A DNA stretch of 64,000 nt, from positions 71,321 to 135,320 of the forward strand of contig DATJZP010000061.1 of NCBI GenBank assembly GCA_035498875.1, written 5' to 3'. Shown in pieces: positions 10,841 through 19,981 of this stretch. Both the position numbers and the translations under genes were made by a program. Positions within the stretch are counted from its first letter, which is position 1. Every line of letters begins with the position of its first letter. The notes below the pieces were generated by a model. It searched no databases. It worked only from the letters and a program-made list of their open reading frames with translations, and was not told where the DNA came from. The DNA is from Myxococcota bacterium. Lineage in GTDB: Bacteria > Myxococcota_A > UBA9160 > SZUA-336.

Positions 10841-11365
10841 ATGTCTCGAAGCGAACGGCTCGCATCGCTGACTCGCCGGGAGCTGTTGTGGACCGGCTCG
10901 CTGGCTCTCGGCGCGGCCGCGCTCCTGCCGCGGCTCGCGCGCGCGCACGAGGGTCACGACGACTACGCGCTGCCGCAGGCCACGCAGGACGCGCTCACCA
11001 AGGAGCGGCTGGTGCACGTCTCGCCGCTGAAGTCGAACGGCAAGGAGAGCCGCTGTCACGCCGAGGTCTGGTACTTCTTCGACCGCGGCAGCGTCGTGAT
11101 CGCCACCGCGACCAAGGGCTGGAAGGTGCGCGCGGCGAAGCTCACCAGCCCCAAGGCGCGGCTCTGGATCGGCAGCTACGGCACGGGCGCGCCCACCTTC
11201 CTGGCCAGCGCCGCGATCGACGGCGACCCGGCGACGTTCGAGCGGCTGCTCGCCGCCTACGGCACGCGCTACCCCGACGAGTGGGGCAAGTGGAAGCCGC
11301 GCTTCGAGTCGAGTCACGCCGACGGCTCGCGCACGCTGGTTCGCTATACACCGATCGGTGCATAG
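10841..11365 (+). CDS. Tat-signal exported hypothetical protein
   Basis: TRRELLWTGSLALGAAALLPRLARA is a twin-arginine signal peptide. AGGAGG-like RBS upstream. No recognisable catalytic motif. Confidence 0.6.
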   Translation: MSRSERLASLTRRELLWTGSLALGAAALLPRLARAHEGHDDYALPQATQDALTKERLVHVSPLKSNGKESRCHAEVWYFFDRGSVVIATATKGWKVRAAKLTSPKARLWIGSYGTGAPTFLASAAIDGDPATFERLLAAYGTRYPDEWGKWKPRFESSHADGSRTLVRYTPIGA

Positions 11366-12864
11366 CGATAGCCGAGCGCCTCGGCCACGTGCGCGCTTGC
11401 GAGTGACTCGGCGCCGTCCAGGTCGGCGAGCGTGCGCGCGACGCGCAGGCTGCGCACGAACGCGCGCATGCTGAGCCCGAGCGCGCCGACCGAGCGCTCG
11501 AGCAGCGCGCGCGCCGCGGCGTCGAGCGCGCAGTGCTCGGAAAGCTTCGAGTGCGGGAGCTCGGCGTTGCTCTGCCACGGCGACCCGGCGAAGCGCCGCG
11601 CCTGGCGCGCGCGCGCCGCCACCACCCGCTCGCGCACGCGCGCGCTCCCCTCGCCCGAGCGGCCGCTCGCGAGCATGTCGCGCCACGGCACGGGCGCTAC
11701 CGCGAGGTGCAGGTCGATCCGGTCGAGCAGCGGCCCCGACAGCTTGCCGCGGTAGCGCGCGACCGCGGGCTCGAGACAGACACACTCGCGCGCGCTGACT
11801 CCGCGCCAGCCACAGGGGCAGGGATTCATCGCGGCCACGAGCTGGAAGCGCGCCGGCAGGCGCGCGCTGCCGTGCGCGCGCGCTACGCGGATCTCGCCCT
11901 CCTCGAGCGGCTGGCGCAGCGCCTCGAGCACCGGGCGTCGGAACTCGGGCAGCTCGTCCAGGAACAGGACGCCGCGGTGCGCGAGCGAGATCTCGCCCGG
12001 GCGCAGCGGCCGGCCGCCGCCCGCCATGCCGGCGTCGGAGATCGTGTGGTGCGGCGCGCGGAAGGGCGGCTCCACCAACAGCGAGTCACTCGTGAGCGCG
12101 CCGGCGGCGCTGTGGATGCGCGTCGCCTCGAGCGCGGCCGCGAGCTCGAGCGGCGGCAGGATGCCGGGCAGCCGGCGCGCGAGCAGCGTCTTGCCGCTGC
12201 CCGGCGGCCCCACGAAGAGCAGCCCGTGACCGCCCGCCGCCGCCACCTCGAGCGCGCGCTTGGCGGCCTCCTGGCCGTGGACCTCGGCCAGATCGGGCGG
12301 CGGCGCGCCCGCTGCGAGTGAGTCGCGCGCCGGGCCGGGCGTCTCGAGCGCGCGCTCACCGCGCAGCCAGGCCAGCACCTCCCCCAGGCTCTCGGCGCCG
12401 AGCGCGCCGAGCTCCCCGGCCAGCGCGGCCTCGCCCAGGTTCCCGCGCGCGACCACCACCTGGCGAATCTCCGCGCCATCGGCGGCGCCCAGCATCGCCA
12501 GCACGCCGCGCACTGGCCGCAGCCCGCCGTCCAGGCCGAGCTCGCCCAGAAACAACGTGCGCGCCAGCCGCGCCGCCTCGAGCTCGACGCGCGTGCCCGC
12601 GATCGCGAGCGCGATCGGCAGGTCGAGCGCGGAGCCGACCTTGGGCAGGCCCGTCGGCGCGAGATTCACGGTCACGCGACCCGGCGGAAACTCGAGACCC
12701 GACTGGCGGAACGCGGCGCGGATCCGCTCGCGGCTCTCGAACACGACGCGGTCCGCCTGGCCTACGATGTGAAACGACGGCAACCCCGCGCCGGCCTCGA
12801 CCTCGACCGAGACACGCACGCCCTCGATCACGTGGAGCGTGGCGCCGAACACGCGCAGCAACAC
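11344..12864 (-). CDS. YifB/ComM family Mg-chelatase-like AAA+ ATPase
   Basis: N-terminal Lon-like domain (VFGATLHVIEGVRVSVEVEAG...), Walker A GPPGSGKT, LFLDELPEF, and a C-terminal Mg-chelatase domain. The track start at 13308 is an R-rich spurious extension. GTG start at 12864. Confidence 0.85.
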   Translation of the reverse strand: MLLRVFGATLHVIEGVRVSVEVEAGAGLPSFHIVGQADRVVFESRERIRAAFRQSGLEFPPGRVTVNLAPTGLPKVGSALDLPIALAIAGTRVELEAARLARTLFLGELGLDGGLRPVRGVLAMLGAADGAEIRQVVVARGNLGEAALAGELGALGAESLGEVLAWLRGERALETPGPARDSLAAGAPPPDLAEVHGQEAAKRALEVAAAGGHGLLFVGPPGSGKTLLARRLPGILPPLELAAALEATRIHSAAGALTSDSLLVEPPFRAPHHTISDAGMAGGGRPLRPGEISLAHRGVLFLDELPEFRRPVLEALRQPLEEGEIRVARAHGSARLPARFQLVAAMNPCPCGWRGVSARECVCLEPAVARYRGKLSGPLLDRIDLHLAVAPVPWRDMLASGRSGEGSARVRERVVAARARQARRFAGSPWQSNAELPHSKLSEHCALDAAARALLERSVGALGLSMRAFVRSLRVARTLADLDGAESLASAHVAEALGYRYAPIGV

Positions 12865-12921
12865 CGGCTTCTCCCCGGGACCGCGGGGGTGTCTTGGTCG
12901 AGTCGCTCTGGCGCGCGTTCG

Positions 12922-13899
12922 GTGGCGCGCGTCGGCGCGCCCGGTACCCTGCCGGCCTTGCATCGGGGGTTGTCTCTCGCGCTCGTGTGTCTGTGCGCCG
13001 CCGCGGCGTGCGGGGATCGCGCCGCGGCGCCGCCCGTGGCCGCGGCAGCCGCCGCGACGGCGGATTTCGACGGCGCGCGCGCCTTCAAGGACCTCGAGGC
13101 GCTGGTAGAGCTGGGGCCGCGTCCGGCCGGCTCGGAAGGCGCGGCACAGGCGCGTGCGCTGATCCGCGAGCGTCTCAAGCAGGCCGGCTGGCGGGTCGAG
13201 ACACACGACTTCAGCGTGCCGCGGCCGGGCGCGAGCGCCGTGGCGATGACCAACCTGATCGCGCACCGCGGCAGCGCGAGCGGCCCGCACACGCTGCTCA
13301 TCACTCACTACGACACCAAGAACATCCCGGGCATGAAGTTCGTGGGCGCGAACGACGGCGCGTCGGGCGTGGCCGTGCTGCTCGAGCTCGCGCGAGTCAC
13401 CGCCGCCGATCCCGGCTCGGCGCAGCTCGAGCTCGTGTTCTTCGACGGCGAGGAGGCCTTCGGCAAGAACATCGACCAGAACGACGGCCTCTACGGCAGC
13501 AAGGCGCTGGCCGAGCGCATGGCAAAGGACGGGTCACTGGCGCAGGTGAAGGCGATCGTGCTGGTCGACATGGTCGGCGACAGTGACTTGAACCTCGCGA
13601 CAGACCTGCGCTCCGCGCCCGAGCTGCGCAAGGCGTTCGAAGCCGCCGCCGCGCGGCTCGGCCTGCCGCCGCCGTTCGATCCCGCGCAGGAGATGGGCGT
13701 GATCGACGACCACACGCCGTTCCAGGAGCACGGCGTCGAGCAGGCGCTGGCGCTGATCGACTTCCAGTACGGCTCGCGCCGCTCCCCCGGTCCCCGCTGG
13801 CACACCGCCAGCGACACCCTCGACGCCGTCTCCGCACAGAGCCTCGACCGGGTCGGCAAGATCCTGGTCGAGATGCTGCGCAGACCTGAGCATGGGTAG
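12922..13899 (+). CDS. M28 family zinc peptidase (lipoprotein)
   Basis: LSLALVCLCAAAACG lipobox-like signal, and FFDGEEAFG with HYDT/metal-ligand segments of the M28 family. Start uncertain (GTG 12889, GTG 12922, TTG 12958). The stop codon lies inside the REP-like hairpin. Confidence 0.7.
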   Translation: MARVGAPGTLPALHRGLSLALVCLCAAAACGDRAAAPPVAAAAAATADFDGARAFKDLEALVELGPRPAGSEGAAQARALIRERLKQAGWRVETHDFSVPRPGASAVAMTNLIAHRGSASGPHTLLITHYDTKNIPGMKFVGANDGASGVAVLLELARVTAADPGSAQLELVFFDGEEAFGKNIDQNDGLYGSKALAERMAKDGSLAQVKAIVLVDMVGDSDLNLATDLRSAPELRKAFEAAAARLGLPPPFDPAQEMGVIDDHTPFQEHGVEQALALIDFQYGSRRSPGPRWHTASDTLDAVSAQSLDRVGKILVEMLRRPEHG

Positions 13900-13912
13900 G
13901 GTGCCCATGCGA
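13889..13912. repeat. REP-like palindromic element copy 1 (aGCATGGG-TAGGGTG-CCCATGCga)
   Basis: Conserved core GGGTAGGGTGCCC with complementary flanks. Overlaps the M28 stop codon. Confidence 0.8.
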
Positions 13913-13975
13913 CCATAAGGCGGTTCTTTGCGTCACATCTACGTGGGTTTCAGCCACTTCAGGGCGGTCCCTGCG

Positions 13976-14584
13976 ATGGCCATTCTTCGAACTCTTGCTG
14001 CGGCGGCTGCTCTGGCGATCTCGGCTTGCGCGCAGAACCCGCCGCCCGCGGTTCCCGCGGCCGAGCCCGCGCCTGCGAGCGCGCAGCCCGCGGTGACCAG
14101 CAGCGCGGCGCTGCGCGTGGTCACCAGCGGACCGGTCGGCAGCTATCTCGAGCGCCAGCAGGCGGAGCTCGCCGCCGGCGGTGCGCAGGTCGAGCGCAAG
14201 AAGGACGCGCTGGTGGTGAGCCTCGACGGCGACACTCTCTTCGACGGCAGCTCGGCGCAGCTCTCAGCCGCGGGCGTCGAGCGCGTGCGCGCGCTCGCGC
14301 ACACGCTCCAGCCCTATCCGAAGCAACGCCTGATCGTCAAGGGCCACACAGACGGTCAGTCGGACGAGCGCGCGGGCCAGCGCCTGTCCGAAGAGCGCGC
14401 CGACAGCGTGCGCAACCTGTTGGTGGCCGAGGGCGTGCTGCCCTCGCGCATCAGCGCGGTCGGCCTGGGCGCGAGCCTGCCCGTGGCCAGCAACTCCACC
14501 GCCGAGGGCCGGGAGCAGAACCGGCGGCTCGAGATCGAGCTCCTGCCCGATGACGACGTGCTGCAAGGGGAGCCCTCCCAGTGA
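13976..14584 (+). CDS. OmpA-family lipoprotein (OmpA C-terminal peptidoglycan-binding domain)
   Basis: MAILRTLAAAAALAISAC is a lipobox. The C-terminal OmpA_C motif includes GHTDGQSDERAGQRLSEERADSVRNLL. Confidence 0.75.
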   Translation: MAILRTLAAAAALAISACAQNPPPAVPAAEPAPASAQPAVTSSAALRVVTSGPVGSYLERQQAELAAGGAQVERKKDALVVSLDGDTLFDGSSAQLSAAGVERVRALAHTLQPYPKQRLIVKGHTDGQSDERAGQRLSEERADSVRNLLVAEGVLPSRISAVGLGASLPVASNSTAEGREQNRRLEIELLPDDDVLQGEPSQ

Positions 14585-15972
14585 CTCGCCGGCGTGATAA
14601 GGTCGCGTCCCGCATGGTGCCGCACGCGCTCCGTTGCTTCCGCTGCGCAGGCTCCGCGGCGCTCGCCGCGGCGCTGCTCTCGGCGCCCGCCGCGCGCGCG
14701 CAGGACGCCAAGGGCGACGCGCTGCCCGTGAAGATCGAGATCCGCTCGCCCAAGCCCGGCGAGACGCTGAAGAACAAGACCGACATGGCCCCGCTCGCGG
14801 GCCTGGCGATCGCGGGCGAGCGCGCCGTGAACTTCGACGTGATGATCGTGATCGACATCTCCGGCTCGACGGAGTACCCGAGCGGGATCGACGTCGACGG
14901 CGACGGAGTCACCGGCGTGACCGAGCGCTCGGTGACTCCCGGCGTGGACGACACGGTCAACACCGATCCCGACGACTCGATCCTGGCCGCCGAGGTCGCC
15001 GCCGCGAAGTCACTCTTGGGCGGGCTCGACCCGAGCCGCGTGCACGTGGGCGTGGCCTCGTTCTCGGGCGAGATCGACCCGAACACCGGCCGCGGCGTGA
15101 ACGCCGCCAACGACGCGCAGCTCGAGCTGCCGCTCTCCGCCGACTTCAACGCCGCGCGCGGCGCGCTCGAGGCGATCCGGCTGCGCGGCGCGAGCGGCGG
15201 CACCAACATGCAGGCGGGCGTGAAGCTCGCGCTGCGCGAGCTGGCGGGTCTGCCCGGCGCGCAGTCACAGCCGCGCGCCAACGCCAAGAAGGTGATCCTG
15301 TTCCTGACCGACGGCCGGCCCTCGCTGCCGTTCGGGCTGGCGAACGTGGAGGACAAGGAAGACCAGCTTGCCGCGATCGACGCCGCGTCGCTCGCCAAGG
15401 TGGCCGGTGTGATGCTGAACGTGTACGGGCTGGGCCCGAACGCGATCGACTATCCCGTGGCCGCGATCGAGATGGCCAAGGCCACCAACGGCACCTATAC
15501 ACCGGTGCGTGTACCCGGCGACATCGTGTCGCTGCTCTCCGGCGTGTCGTTCGCGAACGTCGAGGACGTGGTCGCGGTGAACCTCACGCTGAACGAGTGG
15601 GCCGGGCCGAACGACATCCTGCTCTTGCCCGATGGCTCGTTCAAAGGCTTCGTGCCGGTGCGGCCGGGCATGAACCGGATCCGCGTCTCGGCGCTGGCCA
15701 GCGACGGCTCGCGCGGCTCGACCGAGTTCGACCTCTCGTTCGCGAGTCAGGGCATGACCACGCTCGAGCTGCAGGCCGAGCAGGAGCGGATCCGCCAGCG
15801 CACGAAGGAAATCCAGCTCCGGCTCGAGCGCGACAAGCAGGAGGCGTTCCGCAAGCAGGAGCGCGAGCGCACGCTCGAGATCAAGGTCGATCCCGGTGCG
15901 CAGAAAACGACCCCGCCGAGCGAGCCGAACGCTCCGGCGGTGCCGCCGAAGCCTTCGATCGAACCTCGCTAG
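14581..15972 (+). CDS. secreted von Willebrand factor type A (VWA) domain protein
   Basis: Signal peptide, then a DxSxS MIDAS motif (DISGST) with VILFLTDGRP, and a C-terminal coiled-coil/Pro-rich tail. ATGA overlap with the OmpA-like stop. Confidence 0.75.
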   Translation: MTRRRDKVASRMVPHALRCFRCAGSAALAAALLSAPAARAQDAKGDALPVKIEIRSPKPGETLKNKTDMAPLAGLAIAGERAVNFDVMIVIDISGSTEYPSGIDVDGDGVTGVTERSVTPGVDDTVNTDPDDSILAAEVAAAKSLLGGLDPSRVHVGVASFSGEIDPNTGRGVNAANDAQLELPLSADFNAARGALEAIRLRGASGGTNMQAGVKLALRELAGLPGAQSQPRANAKKVILFLTDGRPSLPFGLANVEDKEDQLAAIDAASLAKVAGVMLNVYGLGPNAIDYPVAAIEMAKATNGTYTPVRVPGDIVSLLSGVSFANVEDVVAVNLTLNEWAGPNDILLLPDGSFKGFVPVRPGMNRIRVSALASDGSRGSTEFDLSFASQGMTTLELQAEQERIRQRTKEIQLRLERDKQEAFRKQERERTLEIKVDPGAQKTTPPSEPNAPAVPPKPSIEPR

Positions 15973-15980
15973 TCCGAAGA

Positions 15981-16005
15981 TCGCGTGGGCACCCTACCCA
16001 CGCTC
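15981..16005. repeat. REP-like palindromic element copy 2 (reverse orientation)
   Basis: tcGCGTGGG-CACCCTA-CCCACGCtc. Sits between two convergent stops. Confidence 0.8.
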
Positions 16006-17506
16006 AGTTCACCATGTTCGGGTCGGCGACTTCCTTGCGGACGAGCTTGCCCTTCTCGTAGTACGAGGTGACGTCGATCACGCCGTCGAAGTTGGTGTCT
16101 TCTTCGCGGCGCACCAGCACCACCTTGGCCGGGTCGGTGCCCTCGAAATACTCGAACACGTCGGGCTTGCCGTCCTCGTTCTTGTCGCGCTCGACGCGGA
16201 CCAGCACGCCCTTGTCGTTGAAGTAGGTGCGTGAGTCCATCACGCCGTTCAGGTTCGTGTCTTCGATCTCGACCGTGCGCTTGCCGTTGGTGTACTCGAT
16301 CCGGCGGTCGATCTTGCCGTCGTTGTTGTTGTCGTACTCCTCGTACGCCAGCACGCCGTTCTGGTACTGCAGGAACCCGTCGCGCTTGCCGTCGAAGTTG
16401 CGGTCGACCTCGACGCGTGTCGCGGTCTCGCCGCCGTCGTAAGTCAGCCAGCGGTCGGGCTTGCCGTCGTTGTTGGTGTCCTCCGCGCGCTCCTTCAAGC
16501 GCCCGTCGGGGAGGTAGGTATTCACGGCGTCGAGCGTGCCGTCGAAGTCGGTGTCTTCCTCGCGAGTCAGCACCTGCCCGGTCTTCGGATCGATCGTGAT
16601 CTTGATCTCGGGCTTGCCGTCGCGATCCGCGTCGAGTGTCTTCACGAGCAGCTCTTGCTTGCCCTGCTTCACGGTCTTGGTCTCGAAGATCGAGTCAGGA
16701 ATCTCGCGCTGGCAGGGGCGCTTCGGCGCCGCGGTGGCGTCCTGCGGGGTGGCCGCGCCGCCGTTGCAGTCCTTCGACTCCTGCTGGAGCGTCTTGTTGA
16801 CCTCTTCCTGCTTGTTGATGGCGGCGAGCAGCTCTTCCTGGTGCTTCAGCTCGGCTTCGATCTCGGCCTCGAGGTCTTCCTGCTTCTTGACCTCCTGGTC
16901 GACCTCGTTCTCCATGTCCTCGTCGTTGCCCTTCGAGTGACCACCGCCTCCGCCCTGCGGGCTCTGGCGGCGGCCGGAGTCGAACGGAACGTCGCCGGTG
17001 ATCACGCCGTACAGGCCGAAGGCCGCGGCGCCGGCGATCGCGCCGATGCCGCCGAACTGCGCGCCGATCACGACGCCGATGATCATGCCCTCGAGCCCGG
17101 CCTCGGCGCGCCGGCCGATGTCACTCTGGCGCCGGCGCTGCGCCTGGGTCGCGGTCTTGTGACTGCTCTTCTTCGGCGGCGCGTTGTCGGTGTCGTCGTC
17201 CGGATCCGCGCTCGCGGTCTTCGGGTCGCTGCTCGCGGGCGTGGCGGCCGGGTCCGAGCTCGCGGGCGCATTCGCCGGGTTCGAGACCGGAGTCACTCCG
17301 GGATTCGCGGGCGCCGGATCGGGCGTCGCTGCGGGCGCCGTCTGGGGCGGCGTGGCGCTCGGCGTCGAGGCATCCGAGGTCTTCGCGGGATCCGTCGGCG
17401 CGGACGTCGCGGGCGCCGGCGGCGTGGCCGTCGCGCAGGCCAGGCTGGTGCACAGAAAGCCGATCAGAATCAGCTGAGAAACGTCGCTACTCGGCTTGCG
17501 CTTCAT
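16004..17506 (-). CDS. lipoprotein with glycine-zipper segment, acidic coiled coil and seven tandem ~23-aa Ca-binding-like repeats (D-x-[DN]-x-DG-x-x-D)
   Basis: MKRKPSSDVSQLILIGFLCTSLAC is a lipobox. Pro/Ala/Thr linker. GMIIGVVIGAQFGGIGAIAGAAAFGLYGVITG is a glycine zipper. The repeats are EDTDFDGTLD / EDTNNDGKPD / VDRNFDGKRD / YDNNNDGKID / EDTNLNGVMD / RDKNEDGKPD / EDTNFDGVID. The track start at 17593 is an upstream extension. Confidence 0.7.
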   Translation of the reverse strand: MKRKPSSDVSQLILIGFLCTSLACATATPPAPATSAPTDPAKTSDASTPSATPPQTAPAATPDPAPANPGVTPVSNPANAPASSDPAATPASSDPKTASADPDDDTDNAPPKKSSHKTATQAQRRRQSDIGRRAEAGLEGMIIGVVIGAQFGGIGAIAGAAAFGLYGVITGDVPFDSGRRQSPQGGGGGHSKGNDEDMENEVDQEVKKQEDLEAEIEAELKHQEELLAAINKQEEVNKTLQQESKDCNGGAATPQDATAAPKRPCQREIPDSIFETKTVKQGKQELLVKTLDADRDGKPEIKITIDPKTGQVLTREEDTDFDGTLDAVNTYLPDGRLKERAEDTNNDGKPDRWLTYDGGETATRVEVDRNFDGKRDGFLQYQNGVLAYEEYDNNNDGKIDRRIEYTNGKRTVEIEDTNLNGVMDSRTYFNDKGVLVRVERDKNEDGKPDVFEYFEGTDPAKVVLVRREEDTNFDGVIDVTSYYEKGKLVRKEVADPNMVN

Positions 17507-17645
17507 CCGCGGCCTCTCACCCAACTCTACATCGACCCGGCGGAAATTGCCCCACACACCGATCGGCTCGGGGAAACTCGCGCTTGAGAACACGTTTCCC
17601 CCGTGGAGCTGCGTGTGCAGTGATGACGGTTGCGTTCCAGTATTG

Positions 17646-17673
17646 TTGACTTCCGTGACGCGCTGCGTAAGCT
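17646..17673 (+). promoter_or_regulatory. candidate sigma70-like promoter (TTGACT-16 nt-TAAGCT) upstream of patatin gene
   Basis: TTGACT at 17646-17651 and TAAGCT at 17668-17673, about 40 nt upstream of the GTG at 17713. Confidence 0.3.
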
Positions 17674-17712
17674 CGATCGCGATTTGGCCGATGGCGCTTT
17701 CATGAGGGGCGT

Positions 17713-19023
17713 GTGGGCCTCACGCTGATCCAGCGCAGCTCGGGGACGAGGCCGCCAAAGAATCCGAAGATCGCGCTCGTGCTGGCGGGGGGCGCGGTCA
17801 CCGGCGGTGCGTTCAAAGTCGGCGGCCTGAAGGCGCTCGACGAGTTCCTGGTCGGCCGCAAGGTCACCGACTTCGACTCGTACATCGGTCTGTCCGCCGG
17901 CGCCTTCCTGGCCACCTCGCTCGCCGCCGGCATCACGCCCGACGAGATGATCGAGGCGCTCGAGGGCACGTCGGAGCGGCTGGAACAGCTCCGCCCGATC
18001 GACTTCTACAACCCGAACATCGGCGAAGTGATTGGCCGCGGCGCCGTGTTCAGCGCGCGGCTGGCCGCCTATCTGCCGGGCTTGCTGATCGATCTCTTGT
18101 CGGTCCTGCCCGACCTGCCCGCAAAGGTCGGGCCGACGCTGCGCCGACTGGCCGACGAGCCGAGCTACACGAACCTGGAAGCCTTCCTGATGGAGCTCTA
18201 CGCCGAGGTCTCGCCCAAGCGCGAGTTCCCCTCGGTGGGGGCGCTCTTGCCGTCCGGCATCTTCGAGAACGCGCCGCTCGAGCGCTGGCTCGCGAACAAC
18301 ATGGCCAAGCTCGGCGTGCCCAACTACTTCGCCGACTTCTACCGCGAGACCGGCCGCAAGCTCTACATCACCGCCACCAACCTCGACACGGCCGAGCGCG
18401 TGCTGTTCGGGCCCGAGAACGACCACGGACTCACGATCTCCGAGGCCGTGCAGGCCTCGAGCGCGCTGCCCGGCTTCTTCAAGCCCGCGCGCATCAACGG
18501 CGTGGACTACGTCGACGGCGGCATTCGCCATACCGCGCACATCGACGTGGCGGTGGAGCAGGGGGCCGACCTGATCATCTGTTACAACCCGTTCCGCCCG
18601 TACTTGAACGAGCCGCACGCGCCCGGCCGCGTCGGCAGTCGCTATCTCTCCGACCGCGGGCTGCAGACGGTGATGAACCAGGTGCTGCGCACGCTGCTCC
18701 ACACCCGACTGGCGATGGGGCTCCGCGCGTACATGTACGACGAGCACTTCCGCGGCGACATCGTGGTGATCGAGGCGCGCGAGACCGACGAGAAGTTCTT
18801 CGATTTGAATCCGCTCGTGTTCTGGCGCCGCGCCGACGCGGTGCGCCACGGGCTCGAGTCCGTGCGCAAGACGCTGCTCGACTCGGCCGACGTGCTGCAG
18901 CCGATCTTCGCGCGCTACGGCGTCGACTTCCAGGCGCCCGACGCGCGTACCATGGCCGAGGACGAGGAGTCGATCGAGCGCCCGCGGCGCTCGGGACCGA
19001 ACTTGCGGGTCGTTTCCGGCTAG
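17713..19023 (+). CDS. patatin-like phospholipase
   Basis: GGAVTGGAF oxyanion G-rich box, the GxSxG nucleophile elbow GLSAG, and a DGG catalytic Asp motif (VDGGIRH). GTG start. Confidence 0.85.
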   Translation: MGLTLIQRSSGTRPPKNPKIALVLAGGAVTGGAFKVGGLKALDEFLVGRKVTDFDSYIGLSAGAFLATSLAAGITPDEMIEALEGTSERLEQLRPIDFYNPNIGEVIGRGAVFSARLAAYLPGLLIDLLSVLPDLPAKVGPTLRRLADEPSYTNLEAFLMELYAEVSPKREFPSVGALLPSGIFENAPLERWLANNMAKLGVPNYFADFYRETGRKLYITATNLDTAERVLFGPENDHGLTISEAVQASSALPGFFKPARINGVDYVDGGIRHTAHIDVAVEQGADLIICYNPFRPYLNEPHAPGRVGSRYLSDRGLQTVMNQVLRTLLHTRLAMGLRAYMYDEHFRGDIVVIEARETDEKFFDLNPLVFWRRADAVRHGLESVRKTLLDSADVLQPIFARYGVDFQAPDARTMAEDEESIERPRRSGPNLRVVSG

Positions 19024-19075
19024 TTCCGCCCTATCTTGAGCCCGAGCGCCCCGCGTGATAGCTTGGGCCGCGATT

Positions 19076-19096
19076 TTCCACGGCCGTGCCGTGGAA
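19076..19096. promoter_or_regulatory. perfect palindrome TTCCACGG-ccgtg-CCGTGGAA upstream of NRDE gene
   Basis: 8-bp inverted arms with a 5-nt centre. No U-tract on either strand. Confidence 0.25.
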
Positions 19097-19212
19097 TCGG
19101 CGCTTGGACCGGGGTTCGCGAGTCGCGGCGGCGCGCGCCCGAGCCGCTCCAGGGCTGAACCGCATCGCCCGCGTTGCGGGCGCGCCGAGTCGACCTGAAA
19201 ACACGTGGAGCC

Positions 19213-19977
19213 ATGTGCACGCTGATCCTGCTGGACCGCGTCGTGCCGCAGATCCCCGTGATCGCGGCCACCAACCGGGACGAGTTCTTCGCGCGGCCTG
19301 CGCTCGCGCCTGCCCTGATTCCGGGCGCAGGCAAGCGCCCGGCCTGCGTGGCGCCCCGCGATCTCGATGCCGGGGGCACCTGGATGGGGGTAAATGCGCG
19401 CCGGCTCTTCGTCGGGCTCACCAACCGGCCCGTGGCCGCGAAGCCCCTGGGCGCACGCTCCCGCGGGCTCCTGGTGCTCGATGCGCTGGCGCAGACCAGC
19501 GCCGAGGCGGTGGTCTCCGAAACCGAGCGCCAGGAGAGCATCCGCTACGCGCCCTTCAACTTGCTTTCCGCCGATGGGAACGAGACTTGGCTGGTGCGGC
19601 GAACCCACGAGGGCCAGACCGCCCGGGCGCTCGACCCGGGCATTCACGTCGTCTGCAACCGCGATCCCGAGGATCCCAGCTCCGAGAAGGTGCGGCGGAT
19701 CGAGAAGGAGGTCGCCGGCATCCAACTGGGGCTGCCGCCGGAACGGCTGCTCCAGGAGCTGTTCCGGGTGCTGCGCTCGCATCCATCGGGGTCGAATCCC
19801 TTCGAAAACCCCTGCGTCCATACCGGCGAGTACGGCACCCGCTCCTCGTCCGTCCTGTTCGTCGGGGAGTCGCGGAGCGCGTACTGGTACGCGGATGGCG
19901 CCCCCTGCGAGTCCGAGTACCGCGATTTCACTGGCCTGCTCGACGACCTTCGTGCGTCGGCAGGTGTGAGGGCGTAA
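19213..19977 (+). CDS. NRDE family protein (TANGO2-like, DUF833)
   Basis: MCTLILL opening and the literal NRDE motif (AATNRDEFFARP). Confidence 0.8.
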   Translation: MCTLILLDRVVPQIPVIAATNRDEFFARPALAPALIPGAGKRPACVAPRDLDAGGTWMGVNARRLFVGLTNRPVAAKPLGARSRGLLVLDALAQTSAEAVVSETERQESIRYAPFNLLSADGNETWLVRRTHEGQTARALDPGIHVVCNRDPEDPSSEKVRRIEKEVAGIQLGLPPERLLQELFRVLRSHPSGSNPFENPCVHTGEYGTRSSSVLFVGESRSAYWYADGAPCESEYRDFTGLLDDLRASAGVRA

Positions 19978-19981
19978 GCAC

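Noticed and set aside
14634-16061. 475-aa plus-strand ORF overlapping the VWA gene out of frame
   Set aside because: R/G/A-rich nonsense. The VWA frame 14581-15972 has a MIDAS motif and signal peptide.
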